Of a DNA stretch of 64,000 nucleotides, positions 12,401 to 28,888 are shown one piece after another. Location: assembly GCF_009914755.1 (NCBI RefSeq), contig NC_060925.1; one strand, given 5' to 3'. Below the pieces are notes generated by a model. That model was not told where the DNA came from and ran no database searches. It saw only the letters and a list, made by a program, of their open reading frames with translations. Position 1 is the stretch's first letter. Each line of letters opens with the position of its first letter. The translations under genes and the position numbers were made by a program. Source of the stretch: the human T2T-CHM13v2.0 reference genome, Homo sapiens.

Positions 12401-12850
12401 GTAGTATTTAAATGTCAAGGGATATGCAAGCAAAGAAAACATAGGTCTCTAAGGGAGTATACTGTCATATTTTAAATTCATTGCATAAGCATCCAAACAT
12501 AGCTCTAGATTTTATTGGTGATCTTCATGATTTTTTTTATAATTTTGAGAATAAAAAATATGGATACTTTTTTTAAAATTTAGGGAATAAAAAAATATAA
12601 GGATCCTAGTTCTAGCTGAACATTCCTCCTACCCTTAACCACCTCCCATACACACTGCAAGTGGAGGGCTGCCCAGCTTCTCGATTTTCACCCTGTGTCA
12701 GTGGGGTGAGGTGCACTCTTGACGTTGGACAAGGAAGAAATCATGGGACCGGGGGAACCAGGAAGGAAGCTTGTTCATCCGTGGGAAGATTAAACTTTCA
12801 TTCTGAGCATATGACTGCATCACAGCTTTTTGTTTCTGTTCTTCTTGCAG

Positions 12851-12979
12851 TTAAGATCCTTCTATTCTACGTAATATTTTATGGCTGCCTGGCTGGCATC
12901 TTCATCGGAACCATCCAAGTGATGCTGCTCACCATCAGTGAATTTAAGCCCACATATCAGGACCGAGTGGCCCCGCCAG
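12851..12979 (+). CDS. ATP1B1: ATP1B1 exon 2 (transmembrane helix: [43 protein letters not shown])
   Basis: Acceptor ttcttgcag, donor gtaaaa at 12980; 129 nt; frame continues from exon 1. Confidence 0.99.
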
Positions 12980-14541
12980 GTAAAATCCACATGAATAGCT
13001 TCATTTCCTTCAGAGATAGCATGGGTGTCACTTTTTCTATTGAGAAAAAATTCTTTGGAAAATTACTCTATAATGTAGTCTTAAAGCAACCATGAAAAGG
13101 GAAAAGAGAAACTTCTCTCGGCTGCAGCCAGATGTCCTACCCGCATTGCAGGCAGAGCTCCCACGGGTTGCAGACATCTTATTTGCCCAGTTCTAGAGTG
13201 AGGGTGAAGCGTCCTGGTTCTTGGCCAGCCTGCTACCCACCAGCTATGTGACTGTGAACAGATTGAGTTCTGATGGGGGCCTCTGTCTTCTCATTTTTCA
13301 TATTCTAGGGTTTGGTTAGTGGGATCCTTTCCAGACCTTTTCAACTCTAACAGACATTTTTTTACTTCTTGAGGGGGGCTATGACTCAGGTAAATTCTTT
13401 TAAAAAAGTCACTTGGGCTCCTGTTTTAAAAGGTGAACTTATTTTTAGAGATGATAAGAAGCTGTGGAATGGGCAGCTACTCACAGGGAGAGGAGCCATG
13501 ACTTTAGGGGTCTATTGTCCCACCTGCTGTTAATTTGCAGTTTGAGCTTGAACAAAGTCACTCTTACTTCTCAATATTTATACCCATTGATTTAATAAGC
13601 ATCTCATTTGCCAGCTTTCTGGTCCCACTTTGTAGTTTAATTAACTGTCTCTTTTAGCTCTTAAAAACTTGGGTGAACAAAAAGATTATCATAAGAAATG
13701 CAAACTGCCACACGAGTCCCTGCTGTGACTTGGGTGCCATCAGTGTAGAGCTATGTGTGTCCACACCAGTCGTGAAAGGCCCATGGCCATCATGCCTGAT
13801 GCTGATAGGACAAGGCAGTGGAATAGCCACAAACGTGAATTTACCATCTGGCTGTTGTAAAAATCATTGTCTGGAGGACCTAGAGAGAAAGTGTTGCATA
13901 ACTTCCGGGCTCTCACTTACGAATGACCTTGAAGCTGCTGCTGAGGGATGGCAATGACTTGTCCCTTCTCTGCTTTCCCTTGGCAAAGGTTTAGTAACAG
14001 CTGTATTTAGGTGACAATCTTCAGATGATCTACGTGGCCCTGAGCAGCCTAGATCAAGGGCTACTGCCTGCCACAGGCTTTTCCTGCGTACCTCCTTGAA
14101 TGTGGGAAGGATTCACAGAGGAAGATCTTCAAAATACGGAGGTGGCAAGCATTGTTGTGTAGCCCTAAGTCAAATAGTTCTCCACTGTAAGAAAAACTCA
14201 AAATATTTCCAGATAAATTTAGAGCTGAGGGATTGGGGAAGTGGAAAAAAAAAATCACGTAAGTAAATAACATAACTTAAACCTGCTTAATAATCCAGTT
14301 TCCAGCAACTGTTTTCCACAAGAGGTGGGTCTGTGGAAAGGTTGAAGCAAGAATTCTGGAGTATGCAGAGAAGCTGAAACATGTTTTACGTTGGGTATGG
14401 TGATAGGGAAGCATTGTGTCTTTTCATGTCCTCTTCTGCTAGAACTTTGTGGTACCATTAGTTGTAATTTTAATTGGTGCGGATATTTTGTTTTTGTTCT
14501 TTGTTATGCCATTTAAAAGTTATTCTTCCATCATGATGTGA

Positions 14542-14922
<381 letters not shown>

Positions 14923-15496
14923 TAGATTAAAAAAAAAAATGGTCCTTGACTATATAAACTTTGAGGAGTCAGCCTTTAATGAAACTAAAAATTCTCTTTG
15001 TGCCCTTTGCAGAAAGGAAAATTTAACTTTGGAAAAGAAATAGCCAAAGGGCCCAACCTTGTAAGTAAGGACTTGGAAATGACCTTGCCTGTAAATCAAC
15101 TGGCTGAAGTGCTCAGTCCTTTCCAACACCCTCTCACGGTGCCTCCCTTCCCTTCCTTCCATCCCCTTCCTAAAAGACATGTTCTTAGTACCTATATTTA
15201 GTGTGCTCACAGCAGTTGGACTGACCTGACAAACCCTGACTTCTCCAAAGGAATGCTGGTGGCTCATCTTGGAAAAATGCATTCCTGTCCTGTGGTCTGA
15301 GTCACAGGAAAAGTCCTCAGTCCTCCATCTTCCTTGTTCTTTGGCCTGGTAATTTCTGTCTCTTCTTTTCCTCATCCCTTCCCCCATCACCTTTCAGGAG
15401 AGTCTAGGCCAGGCCCCTCCTCTTCACCTGCCTTACCCTGTGGGGTTTTTCGGGGGCCTTTACCAAGGGACATGACATTCATATGAAAATGACAGT

Positions 15497-15560
15497 AACC
15501 TTGATCAGGCCAGGCCAGCAGAGTGCCGAACCTTGATCAGGCCAGGCCAGCAGAGTGCCG
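15497..15560. repeat. Perfect 32-bp tandem duplication
   Basis: aaccttgatcaggccaggccagcagagtgccg at 15497-15528 and 15529-15560. Confidence 0.97.
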
Positions 15561-15612
15561 GCTGCCACAAAGTGCAGCTCTTGGGCCACCCCTTATGGCC
15601 CTGTGTTGCCTG

Positions 15613-15664
15613 AGGACCCTCCTTGGCATTTTTCAATGCCAAGGACCCTCCTTGGCATTTTTCA
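15613..15664. repeat. 23-bp direct repeat with an inverted internal copy
   Basis: aggaccctccttggcatttttca at 15613-15635 and 15642-15664; aatgccaagga (15635-15645) is the reverse complement of tccttggcatt. Confidence 0.95.
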
Positions 15665-16223
15665 GAGTACGTGTTAGAAGTTTGTATTTTGCATAGGAAA
15701 TAACTCCTTAAGTATGCAGACAAACAGTGTGTTTAAGAATACCCTGACAATTTTTTGGCTTCACATTAGTATCTTTAAAGCCTCCATTTTCATGTTTAGT
15801 TAAAGAGGGAAAATTGTAAATTTGAGTTAGATACACCTAGTGGGTGTGAAAGTTTGCATATGATTTAAAGATATAAAGACTTACTAATAATATTATCAGC
15901 TGAATTTGAGGCATGAATGCAAATCCAGCCTGACTGGGTATTGACTGCCCTTTGTACACCGGAATACCTTGTAGTTGGATCTCTTCTCAATAACGTGTGA
16001 ATGTGGCCATATCAAGCAGTGGCAATTGTGCAGTGAGTGTATTTGGGCCTGTATGGCGATAATATTGGATAAACTGAGAGGCCAAACATGAAATCTGAGA
16101 GGAGAGACTAAACTACAGAATGGAAGTGAAATGTAAGAAAAAATGGTGAATGTGTACAGCTTCTTGGCCCTGAACAATGGTGGCCGTTTAATGCACATGA
16201 TATTCCTTACAAAGTCGTGTTGC

Positions 16224-16354
16224 AGCCGGTGTGGTAGCTCATGCCTGTAATCCCAGCACTTTGAGAGACTGAGGCAGGAGGATCCTTTGAAGGCAGGGGT
16301 TCAAGACCAGCCTGGGCAACATAGCAAGACCCCATATCCACACACACACAAAAA
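16224..16354 (+). mobile_element. FLAM / Alu left monomer
   Basis: Single Alu left arm ending in a CA/A-rich tail. Confidence 0.85.
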
Positions 16355-16390
16355 ATTTTTTTAAGTCTCCTGTTAAAAAAAAAGGGGTGG

Positions 16391-17157
<767 letters not shown>

Positions 17158-18049
17158 TAGAAGCAGCAGTTTCTTCTTTTTGGACACTAAATTTCCAGAT
17201 ATGACAGGGATGCTTTGCACACTTAGATTTTCATGGAGTCAATAAAACCTTAGCTTTCCATGGAAATGTTTAAGAGACATTTGGGAAACATGTTTTTAAA
17301 AATTTTAAAGTGAATTTAAATGGCATTGTATTTGTTGTGCAGTCTCTCCCTTTAACAAACCCATGCTTGTTGGGTTAGCGCCTGCCAAGCTTTTCTCCAG
17401 AGGAGACCCCCTTAGGCAGTCCTGCAGTGCTGCTCTGCAGCATCGCTTCTCATCTGTTGATGCAGTTGGATCTGGGGAGAGACGCAGCAATTAGCTATGC
17501 TGGAGAGGGCTGAGCAGGCACAGGCACGCACACCCACGTGCATGCCCACGGACATGCAAGCGTGCACACACACGCATGCTCATGGATATACACACACACT
17601 CAGGCTACCAAGCCCTGGCCCTGATTTGACCCTGCTTGCCTTGCTGCCTGCCCAGTGGTGTAATGGAAAAGTCTCTTCTTCACATCCGCCATTGCCCTTC
17701 CCCCACCTCAGGCTCACTTAGCAACAGTGGAGTGAAATGAAGGTCACTGTGTGTCAATCGGTGGGTCCGGGAGATTCCCAGCTGGCTTGCTTCCTGGTAG
17801 GCAGGTATGAATGTATGCTGCTGTTCTCTCTTTTAAGGTTGTGGGTGGCTGTTTGTTTAGCTCTGAAGTATAGACGGCTCAGTGCTAGCAGACACATTTT
17901 CAAAGGGTCATATTCTTGGCTTGTTGGTAATCAGAATCGGGCAGGAGAAGTGGGGTGGATGCAGACCAGCTGACCACACTGGCACCACCAGCAGTTTCAG
18001 TTTCATCTTGATTGTAAAGAGGAAATATCTAATCTTAAAACTCATTAGG

Positions 18050-18367
<318 letters not shown>

Positions 18368-21160
18368 CCCATTAGGGTTCGAGTCATTATCATTCTATCT
18401 CAGCTTGATTAAGTAAAATTCCTGAGAAGTCATTATGTCAGTCTCAGAATACCTAATTTTTCCACCCCCCGCAAACTACCTCATACTTGTATTACTATCT
18501 CTCACTCACACTTCAAAGGAGAAATAAGGGGAAATTAGAAACATTTGGCTTCCTTATACTTTGGAGGGGTTGTTAGTGCAAAGTGCCAGTAAGGTGTTTC
18601 CAGTTAGAATACACTGCTTTGTAATCTCTCAGCTGACGCGATGTATCTGTATACACCCAGCTGTCTCTCACTTTCCCTCTCCTCCTCCCTTCCCACCCTC
18701 AAATGGATCCTGTCTACCTGGTCCCAGAATTTGTGGATGAGTTAGCATTGGTGGCAATTAGATTTCCAAAAGCTACTGCACAGCCTTATGACTTGGTAAA
18801 GGGTTTGTGGGGGGAACTCTGTTTGGCTTCAACAACTCAACTACCCAGGTGGTGATTTCTTTATTTCTAAAGACAAGGGTACAACTAGTAAGTCATCTCT
18901 TGGGTACACAGGAAACCTAATGATTTACTTTAAAATGTTCTTGGAGCCACAGAAAAACAGATCTTACATTGTATGCCCATTGTATGATGAATAAGCAGAA
19001 CAGAGACCTGATAAGTAGGAAGGACCAGGTAACAAATCTGTGGGAGTGATGGTGGGGGAAAAAAAAAAGCTGGATTTGTGAAGCTTCATTTAAGGATTTT
19101 TTGCTGCATTCACCCAAGGGTCATAGAAAGTGGGGTGGAAAGAGCAGTAGCCTGACAGGTCCACTTCTACCATAAAATCTGATGGGGTTATTGGACTGGT
19201 TGCTCTTAACTGTTGGTCAGTGCTCTCATGCTAGTAATCTGATGACCAGCTGGTCTGTCGGATGCAGTCAAGACTAGTGAGAAGCTGGGGAGATGAAGGG
19301 AACAGGGATGTATCATCCAGCTTTTTCCCACATACATGCATGAGTAGATCTTATCAAATGTCATGTAGAATGCAGTGTCTTGTTTCAGGATATTACTTAA
19401 CAAATGTTATGTTTTATATCTAGATAAGTCAAATATACTATATGTACTTGCTCTTCAGTTTGGCCTTGAGCATAATTAATGTAAAATACTAGGATTTATC
19501 TATTTGTTTATGTTATTCTTTTATAAAAGTGGCACCTTTCCTTTATTGTATTGAGAATAAGCACAATTATGAGCTATACAAAATACCAAGGATTTGCCCC
19601 TATGGAATATGCATTTTTAAAGATAGGTCAACTGAACTAAATAACTCCCTGCTTGCCTGAAAGTGAATATACAGCCACAGGAAGAAGAGGACGGATCAGA
19701 GAAGAGCCTAAATCAGAGTTCACGGCATTTAGCTTAGACAGGAGGAATGATTTCTTTACCCTGAGTGTTGGTAAACATCCAGATTGGCTGTAGAGACAGT
19801 CCGGGGATTCAGTTTTCTAAGACTTTGTAAAGGGAGCAGATTCTGAGTGTCGGAGGGTGTGAATGTGACCCTGCCTGCAGGCAGGGAGATTTATTCCTTG
19901 CTAATCTCAGAGCCTGAGTCTGGGAGCTGGAGGCAGAAGGTGAGTCAAAGGTGGCTAGTTTCCAGAAAGTGCAAAGGCGCCTTTTTTCTGTGCCTCTCCC
20001 CTTACTTTGCTAGGTAAGTTGATACCAACCCACAGATGTAAAACAAAAATAAACAAACAAAATCCAGAAATATCTTAGGTCCTACAGAGTGGCACTTAAA
20101 GGAGAAATTTCTATCTCATATATGTGCGTATGCATACATATGTGTGTGTTTATGTGTACATACACGTGTGAGTATGTATGAATTCATACCTCTGTGTATT
20201 TTTTTTTAAATTGGAAATTACTTTTCAACTCGGAATGTATAGGAGACACATGATTTGTGCATGGCTACATTTAAAAGCATTTCTTTGCTTCCTGTGCCCT
20301 TCTCAGTCATATGGGTACCTTCCTGGAGGTTTCCATGGGAAATGATTCCTATTTAGAGATTTGATCTAGTGATTCATCAGATGTATTAAATGACAGGTGC
20401 AAGCAGCTGTGCATTTGAATAACTTACAAGGTTGAAATGGCTACATTCTAGTTTAAATACTTTAAACTCACATGTAGATTGAGAAATGATGAACTTGCTA
20501 CATTATAAACCTAAAGAAACAAAATCCTTTCCCTCAAGCCTTTTCCCCCTTGTGCTATCAACACTTACTAAAGCTAAACCTGGAGGATCTTCCTTATTTC
20601 TCAAGAGATGGGGACCAAAGGCAGGTAAATGTGTCTTTGAAAAGCAAGTGGGAAGCCAGAAGTTTTTTCTAAATCTAAATCTTATGTAAAGTTGAAACAC
20701 TCATTGAAAACCAAATATTAAAATTTTACATACCCAGATTATGATTTCTGCCTCTTCAAGTGGCTTTGTTAATTAATGATATATAGCTTAAGGCAAATGA
20801 TCCTATCAGAACAAAGCTGTCTCTAGAGCTCAGGGTGGTTAATGTAAATTCAAGTTTAGAAGACTGGAGAGGGAAAAGGTTAGATTTGTTTCCTGGAATA
20901 TAACTTGAAATTGCGTGCCAGCGATTGGGTGTTCTGCTGTCTTTGGCCCTCTGGGAGTTACCAGTGCAAACAGAGCTCATCCTTGTCCAGAGTCATAACT
21001 AACAACTTTAAGAAGTGGGCAGTAGAAAGAGGGGCATGATGGGAGAAAGCGTCTGGTCTAGTGTGAAATATGACTCATGAGAACTCCAGTCAGCAAGGTG
21101 GGATTTGTGCAGCCCTTGGAGAATGTCATGGTTGGAGAATTTGGGTGTGGCCTCAAAATG

Positions 21161-21313
21161 CAGATGCTCTTCGATTTAGGATGGGGTTATGTTCTAGTAA
21201 CCCATTGTAAGTCGAAAATACTGTGAGTCAAAAATGCATTTACTAACCCTGCTAAACCCACTGTGAAGCTGAAAAATCATAAGGCAAACATTGTTAAGTT
21301 GGGAACTGTCTGT
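21161..21313 (+). mobile_element. MER47/Tigger-family DNA transposon remnant
   Basis: Starts cagatgctcttcgatttaggatggggtta and ends aagttgggaactgtctg(ta); Tigger-type TIRs. Confidence 0.7.
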
Positions 21314-22300
21314 AATAATTACCAAATCCAATCCCATTGCTTTCTATCTCTTCTTAACAGTCTGATAATCCTAAAGTAAATGATTTAAAGGATTTGGACA
21401 TCCTTTCAAAGGTCTTTCATCTTTCTCTTGTGAGTATCTAGTTGCTTTAGAGAAATAACTTGAGAAGAGGAATTTTTCTAATCTTTGGAGAAGACCTCAT
21501 CAAAAACTGTCCTAATTAAGACTATCCAGAACAGAACAGACCCGGGGGCTGATCTGTGGTAATTTCCAGGAGAAGTTCTCAGGCCATCAGGCTTCGGATA
21601 AAGAAAAGAGAGGAGGCAGAGATAGTGGGTGATGGAGTGAGAGACCTTGTGGAAATGTGAGGAAAGAGAGCAGAAGAGCTACTAAGGAGGCAGCGGCCAC
21701 TTGACTGTGGCGTGGCCTCCTGGACATTTGTTTATGTAGTAAGCATGTGTGAGCTGATTGCATGACCTAAACCCAGACCATCTGTTTTTTTACTGGAAAT
21801 GACGTTTGGATCAAAAGCTCTGTATCTTAAAAGAATGGTCATTAAGGCTTATGTTAGTTACCACCGTCTAAGACCCCTCAGACTCCAGAGGGAAACATGA
21901 GCTCACAAAACAGTAAGACATGACTGAGCTTTCTGGGGTTTATCTGTCATTCCTCGGCTCCTTCTACCAAGGTTCTCTGTTACTTAAAATGGAAAGGACA
22001 GGGCAGAGGCTTTGGCCTAGGGTCTAATCCAGCTGGGCAAGTCACAGGGTTCTAAGACTCCGTGCTTAGCTGTCTTATGTTTCACCCCTTGCTTTCTTGG
22101 TTTCACTAGTTTCTGATGCTTCTGTAAGAGCAAAGTCAAGATTCTTCAAGCAGCCTGCATCTATGTTTCCCTCACAAAGTAATTATAAACTTGACTGGCT
22201 TAGATCATGAGCTATGCTTACTGAAAAATTTGGGCTTTCAGGTTGAAAGGGATGTGATTCCATTACTTGGTTTTCATTATTTCTTATTTGCCCCGTCTAG

Positions 22301-22735
<435 letters not shown>

Positions 22736-24227
22736 TAGATGATTAACAACAGAGGCACTTACAAGAAAGATTTGTCATAGTCTATCAGTAAACATGAACT
22801 TAGTTTTGGTCATAGCCCCTAGGCTCCTGGGGAATGCACTAGCCTTATCATTTTGTTAGTAAAGAGCCCAGAGGACTGAGTGAGAGTTGCTGATGTTTTG
22901 AGTCTGACACATGTCCCCTGGTCACTTTTAATAGTGGAAACCGTGGACTTGACATTGTGAAGGAATGAAAAGCGCTCAGCATAATACCTCCTCCTGTTCT
23001 TACTCTCCTTTTTTTTGTGTGGGAGAATCTGAGAAATGGCATCACTATTCCTCATACTCATATCAAAGTAATGGAACCTTGAGCAGCCACTGGAAGAGAG
23101 AATGCAAGCAGCCAGAAAGTGAGAGGCAAACCACTGGAGAGGCTCACTGAAGCCAGGCCAGGGAGAACAAGGATGTTTGTGACACTTGCTTCGCAATCCA
23201 GGTTTTACCATGTTTACTCTCAACATGACCTTCTAGGGTCACTCCTCCTTTCAGCTTGTTAGGTGAGACTCTCCAAATCTCAGTATCAGGCTTGTTTATA
23301 TTTTGGCTTTTGCTGCATCCCGCCCTCTGCTGATGGACCACAGCTTGCATAATTGTTGTTTATCACACCAATGTCCCTATGGTCCCCTGGCTGTGGGTCT
23401 TCCCCTGACCTTCCCTGAAGGTCAGATGAGATCCCTCCTTGGTTTCTGACATTTGCTCTCCTTCACTTGTCTAGCCATCCACCACCCTCCTGCCTTGTCT
23501 TTCCCAAGCCTGGAAACACTGTTTAACCTTGTGTACATAAGTCCATTTCTGTTCCTGACTCCCAAACATCACACAGAATACTTGGAGGAGGTTCCTGCAG
23601 ACCTCCTGCCTGAGCGATGCACAGGCATTTGTCTCTCTCTCTGGCTGCCTATGCACTGGCTCTTCGGGTGGCCCCTCAGCATGACCGTCCCTCAAGGCTC
23701 CATTCTCTCTTGACTCCAGGATTCTCCCATTCTGAATTTTGTTGAGCCTCTGGCTTTGGGTCTGCTGGTGTACTTCCCCCAGGTCCAGGCAAGTCACCTT
23801 GACTTAAGTGTCTTATTTACAACTTAAACCAGGAGTGACCCTCCCTACCCGACTTCCCCATTTCACTGGGTAACTCTGTTTACCATTGCTGTCTCAAGCA
23901 TTAACTATCTGTGGAAGCTTCTGCTCACCTTTATTTTTGCAGGTATCTCTTCTCTTTACAATACTGCTGTTTTGCACCATAAATGATCACAATGCCAATT
24001 TTAACATAGAAAAAGATTGTTCAGGGTATATTTAAATTGCTTTAGAAATACTAAAAAATTATGGCTTGTAGGCATTTTTACAAAATTTTAAACTGTAATC
24101 TGTGTTTATTTTAAACTGAAGATTTTTATGAGCAAATTCTGCTACTTCCCCTTTGATTCATTTCTATCACTGTTGAAATTTTTGTCCCCCATAATTCTTC
24201 AGGTTCTACATCATCCTTTTCAGGATG

Positions 24228-24372
24228 ATTTTTTTTTTTTTTTTTTTTTTTTAATTGCGATAGAGTCTTGCTAGGTTGCCTGGGCTGGTCTTGAACTCCT
24301 GGGCTCAAGCGATCCTTCCATCTTGGCCTCCCAAAGTGCTGTGATTACAGGCATGAGCCACTGCACCTGGCC
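24228..24372 (-). mobile_element. FLAM_C / Alu monomer
   Basis: Poly-T plus a single reverse left arm. Confidence 0.85.
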
Positions 24373-24989
24373 TGAAGATGATTGTTAATGTCCTTAAGTC
24401 CTTTGCCCTGGGCACCCCTGTGCCTTGCTCCAGTGATTACTTGTCTTCCTCTCTATCCCTTCCATTCCTCTAGGGAACTACATGTGTGAAAAAGCATATC
24501 TATACAACCCCCTGAGCCCACCTCATTATGTAACCACTTTTAAAGCATCCTCAATCACTAGAAAGAATAGCATTTAGTCGAGCCTTACTGATGCCTGCTT
24601 CTCAAGCCCTACAAATGGTGCTGCACTCTAGTTATCACTTCCACATTCGTTAACGTCGTTGTCTTCATATCTGAGTCACTGTTGCCACTCTCAGATTATA
24701 ATTCCCTAGAGAAGCAGTTGTAAGCCAAGGGTGTTTAAAGATCTTTTCGTACTTATTAAACAGATTCTCAAATCTCTTTCTTAGAGATTACGATTTTGCA
24801 GGTCTGGAGGGGAGTCTCTGAGACTGCATGTTTGACAAGCCCCTAAATGATAGTGACATAGGTGCTTTCCTGACCTGCTGGGAGGTGGGGGTGGGAAGCC
24901 AGGGTAGAGTCACTTATCAAGGATAGTGATGATGTGCCTCCTTATGGGCCCCACACAGAGAGGGGAGATCTGGGAGTGAGGAGTAGAAT

Positions 24990-25540
<551 letters not shown>

Positions 25541-25989
25541 CAATAAAATGCAGTTGTGATGGACTTTTCCAACCATTGCTCCTGAGTAGTGCTGTGTAGT
25601 GTGGTTCACATACCCATCTAGGAAGTCTCATGAAGGCAGCGGCTTTTGGATATTAAAGAATGTAACAGAGTTTTAGAGAGTGCAAACCCAAGGCATACGG
25701 ACTTTGAATTTTATCTGACCGGCACTGACATGCTGAGACTTTCAGATTGGAAAGCATTTGTGGTTACTGCATGTATGTCCCAAATTCTTCCCGTTTAGTT
25801 TAAAAGATCCAAAGAAATATCTTGGTTAGGTAGGCTTGAGTCTAGAGAATTTGGAATGGTTATACATTTACTGACAATAAGGATTATAAAAGAAGACCTC
25901 TGTGTCCAAGGCTTACACGTAATTAGGGAGGGTAAAGCCACCTGCACACAATGCTAGCTAGCAGGGTATTTTAAAAAACTGTGCACGTT

Positions 25990-26200
25990 GGGGTACTAGA
26001 AACATAATGGGCTTTGGAGTACAGCACACCTGGGTTGGAATTCTGGTTCTACCACTTTCTGTGCAGCCTTGGCCCAGGTAGTTAATCTTTCAGTGCAAGC
26101 AGTGTTGTCATTCATAAAATGGAGGTGATGCCTACCATGAAGTGTTGCTATGGAAATTAACTGATCTGTGATATTAAAGCATAGTCACTGGTACTTGGGG
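25990..26200 (+). mobile_element. MIR SINE
   Basis: ggctttggagt..acctgggttggaattctggttctaccact..cataaaatggaggtgatgcctacc. Confidence 0.65.
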
Positions 26201-26363
26201 TTACCTAATCTAAATGCCAGAGGAGTGATTTAACAAGGGAGGCAAGACCCTTTCTTTTTAGCCAAGTGGAGTTAGCAAAGTATGTTTTGTATGTGGAAAG
26301 TCTACTTTTGAATTGTCTTCGTTTCTGCCTTCCTACTAATGTTTTTCTCTCTGCCTGGTCTAG

Positions 26364-26519
26364 GATTAACACAGATTCCTCAGATCCAGAAGACTGAAAT
26401 TTCCTTTCGTCCTAATGATCCCAAGAGCTATGAGGCATATGTACTGAACATAGTTAGGTTCCTGGAAAAGTACAAAGATTCAGCCCAGAGGGATGACATG
26501 ATTTTTGAAGATTGTGGCG
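26364..26519 (+). CDS. ATP1B1: ATP1B1 exon 3 ([52 protein letters not shown])
   Basis: Acceptor ggtctag, donor gtaagt at 26520; 156 nt. Confidence 0.99.
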
Positions 26520-27084
26520 GTAAGTAGACTCATTGTAGATGTCTGTGGCTAGTTTTCTTTCTCTTTAACTCTTATTTCCCACTTCTATTTTTTGTTTAAT
26601 GATCGAGAGATAATCCTGAAATAATGAAAGATTGAACTCTGGCCATATTTAGACACTTTTTTTAAAAAAAGCAGGAAGACACAATGAAAAACAGTACAGC
26701 CTCAAGTATGACTGTTTTCTGCATTGGAAAGGTGTCTTACTTTAAAACACTCCTAGGTACTATTTTTTACTATTCAGAGCCAAGACAGCAATTCCGGTTT
26801 TCTTTCTCTTACATCCGTTGCAAAGTACAGCTACTTATTTCCTTATCTTCCCCCAAAAAGTTCTCCCTATAGAAGAGTGCACAGGGCCTTCTCTCATCAG
26901 AAAGACCTTTTGGTGTGATTAGCTATCACTGCACTGGCATTCATGAAGGAGGATGTATGGTCAGGGTATACTTTTATTGATCCTGGTTGGGATAGATAAT
27001 GAAATATGTGTTAGGCAGCTGATCGTTTTGGATAAGGAAATGACTTATGAAGGGTAAAGAGAGGCTCTTAGTTTCATTAAGTCA

Positions 27085-27513
<429 letters not shown>

Positions 27514-27996
27514 TCATCCCTTCTGATTCAATTCAAGCATTTACCAACTCCAGTTCTTTATAAGGCAGGCTGTGGCTTGGTCAGAGTATGGGGCGAATTG
27601 CCATTTTAAGTTATTTTGGAAATATTTAGTAACTTAAAAGAACATTTTCAGTGTGAATTTTTCTCATTAGAATTTAAATGAGGTTTTCATCTTACTTTGC
27701 AGTAATTAAAAGGCCTGAGGGATAATCAGGGTGAATCACTTCAAGGAGATAGTCTAAATTCAGACTCTTCGCTATTTGAAGGGAAAATAGTTCATTTGTG
27801 AATTTAAAAACTATACATAAATTATGGTTTGCATTATTTTCCTCCAGCATGCTATACATTAACTTTGAATTCTATATTCACTTGGTCTTTTTCTGGCTTT
27901 TATATGAGGATTGAATTAAAAATGCCAGAATAAAATTTCTCAGTCCAGCAAATGCTTAATGCATAGCTTTAAAAGGCAGAAACTCAAATCAAAAAA

Positions 27997-28197
27997 GCCT
28001 GGGCAACACAGCAAGACCCCAGTCTCTGCAAAATTAAAAAAAACTAGCCACAGGGTGGCACACGCCTGTAGTCCCAGCTACTCAGGATGCTGAGGTGGGA
28101 GGATCTTTAGAGCCCAGGAGGTTGAGGCTGCAGTGGGCCATGATCATGCTGCCGCACTCCAACCTAGGCCACGGAGTGAGACCCTGTCTCAAAAAAA
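27997..28197 (+). mobile_element. 5'-truncated AluJ
   Basis: Begins at gcctgggcaacacagcaagacccc; full right arm present. Confidence 0.85.
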
Positions 28198-28703
28198 CCC
28201 TTAAGTGGTGGTTGAAAAGGAAAATACCAGTTCCTTTTTAAAAATTCTGACCAAAAAAAAAACCTAGTTCTGAAAATTATTGACAGTCCTTTTGTATTCT
28301 GATTATAATATCCCTGTTACTGAGCTAAGCCAGTGTTGACAGTGTGAATGATGCTACTCACGCAGTGTGATCCGTCTCCTTTCAGTCTTCTAAATAGCTG
28401 AGTAATCCATTATTTAAAAGAAGGGAAATATTGCCAGAGACTAAATATTACGTGCTGATCAAGTACTATGAAGCTTTGGTGTGGGGCCATATACCAGCTA
28501 TTCCTTTTGGTAAAATATCTTTTAATATGAGTGAAGAGGTGAGAGATGGTTTTCCTGGAGATCTTGCTTAATTCAGATCATGCATTAAATGCAGAATAGC
28601 GTACTCTCAGAATAGGTAACTATGACAAGGAAGACAGTTTCTTTTTCTTAGAACTGCTAAGGGAATTGCTGGTACAATATAAAAGTTGTGTTTTTATTTT
28701 TAG

Positions 28704-28888
28704 ATGTGCCCAGTGAACCGAAAGAACGAGGAGACTTTAATCATGAACGAGGAGAGCGAAAGGTCTGCAGATTCAAGCTTGAATGGCTGGGAAATTGCTC
28801 TGGATTAAATGATGAAACTTATGGCTACAAAGAGGGCAAACCGTGCATTATTATAAAGCTCAACCGAGTTCTAGGCTTCAAACCTAAG
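28704..28888 (+). CDS. ATP1B1: ATP1B1 exon 4 ([62 protein letters not shown])
   Basis: Acceptor ttttag; 185 nt. Keeping the frame into exon 5 requires the donor AAG|GCAAGT (GC-AG intron). Confidence 0.98.
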
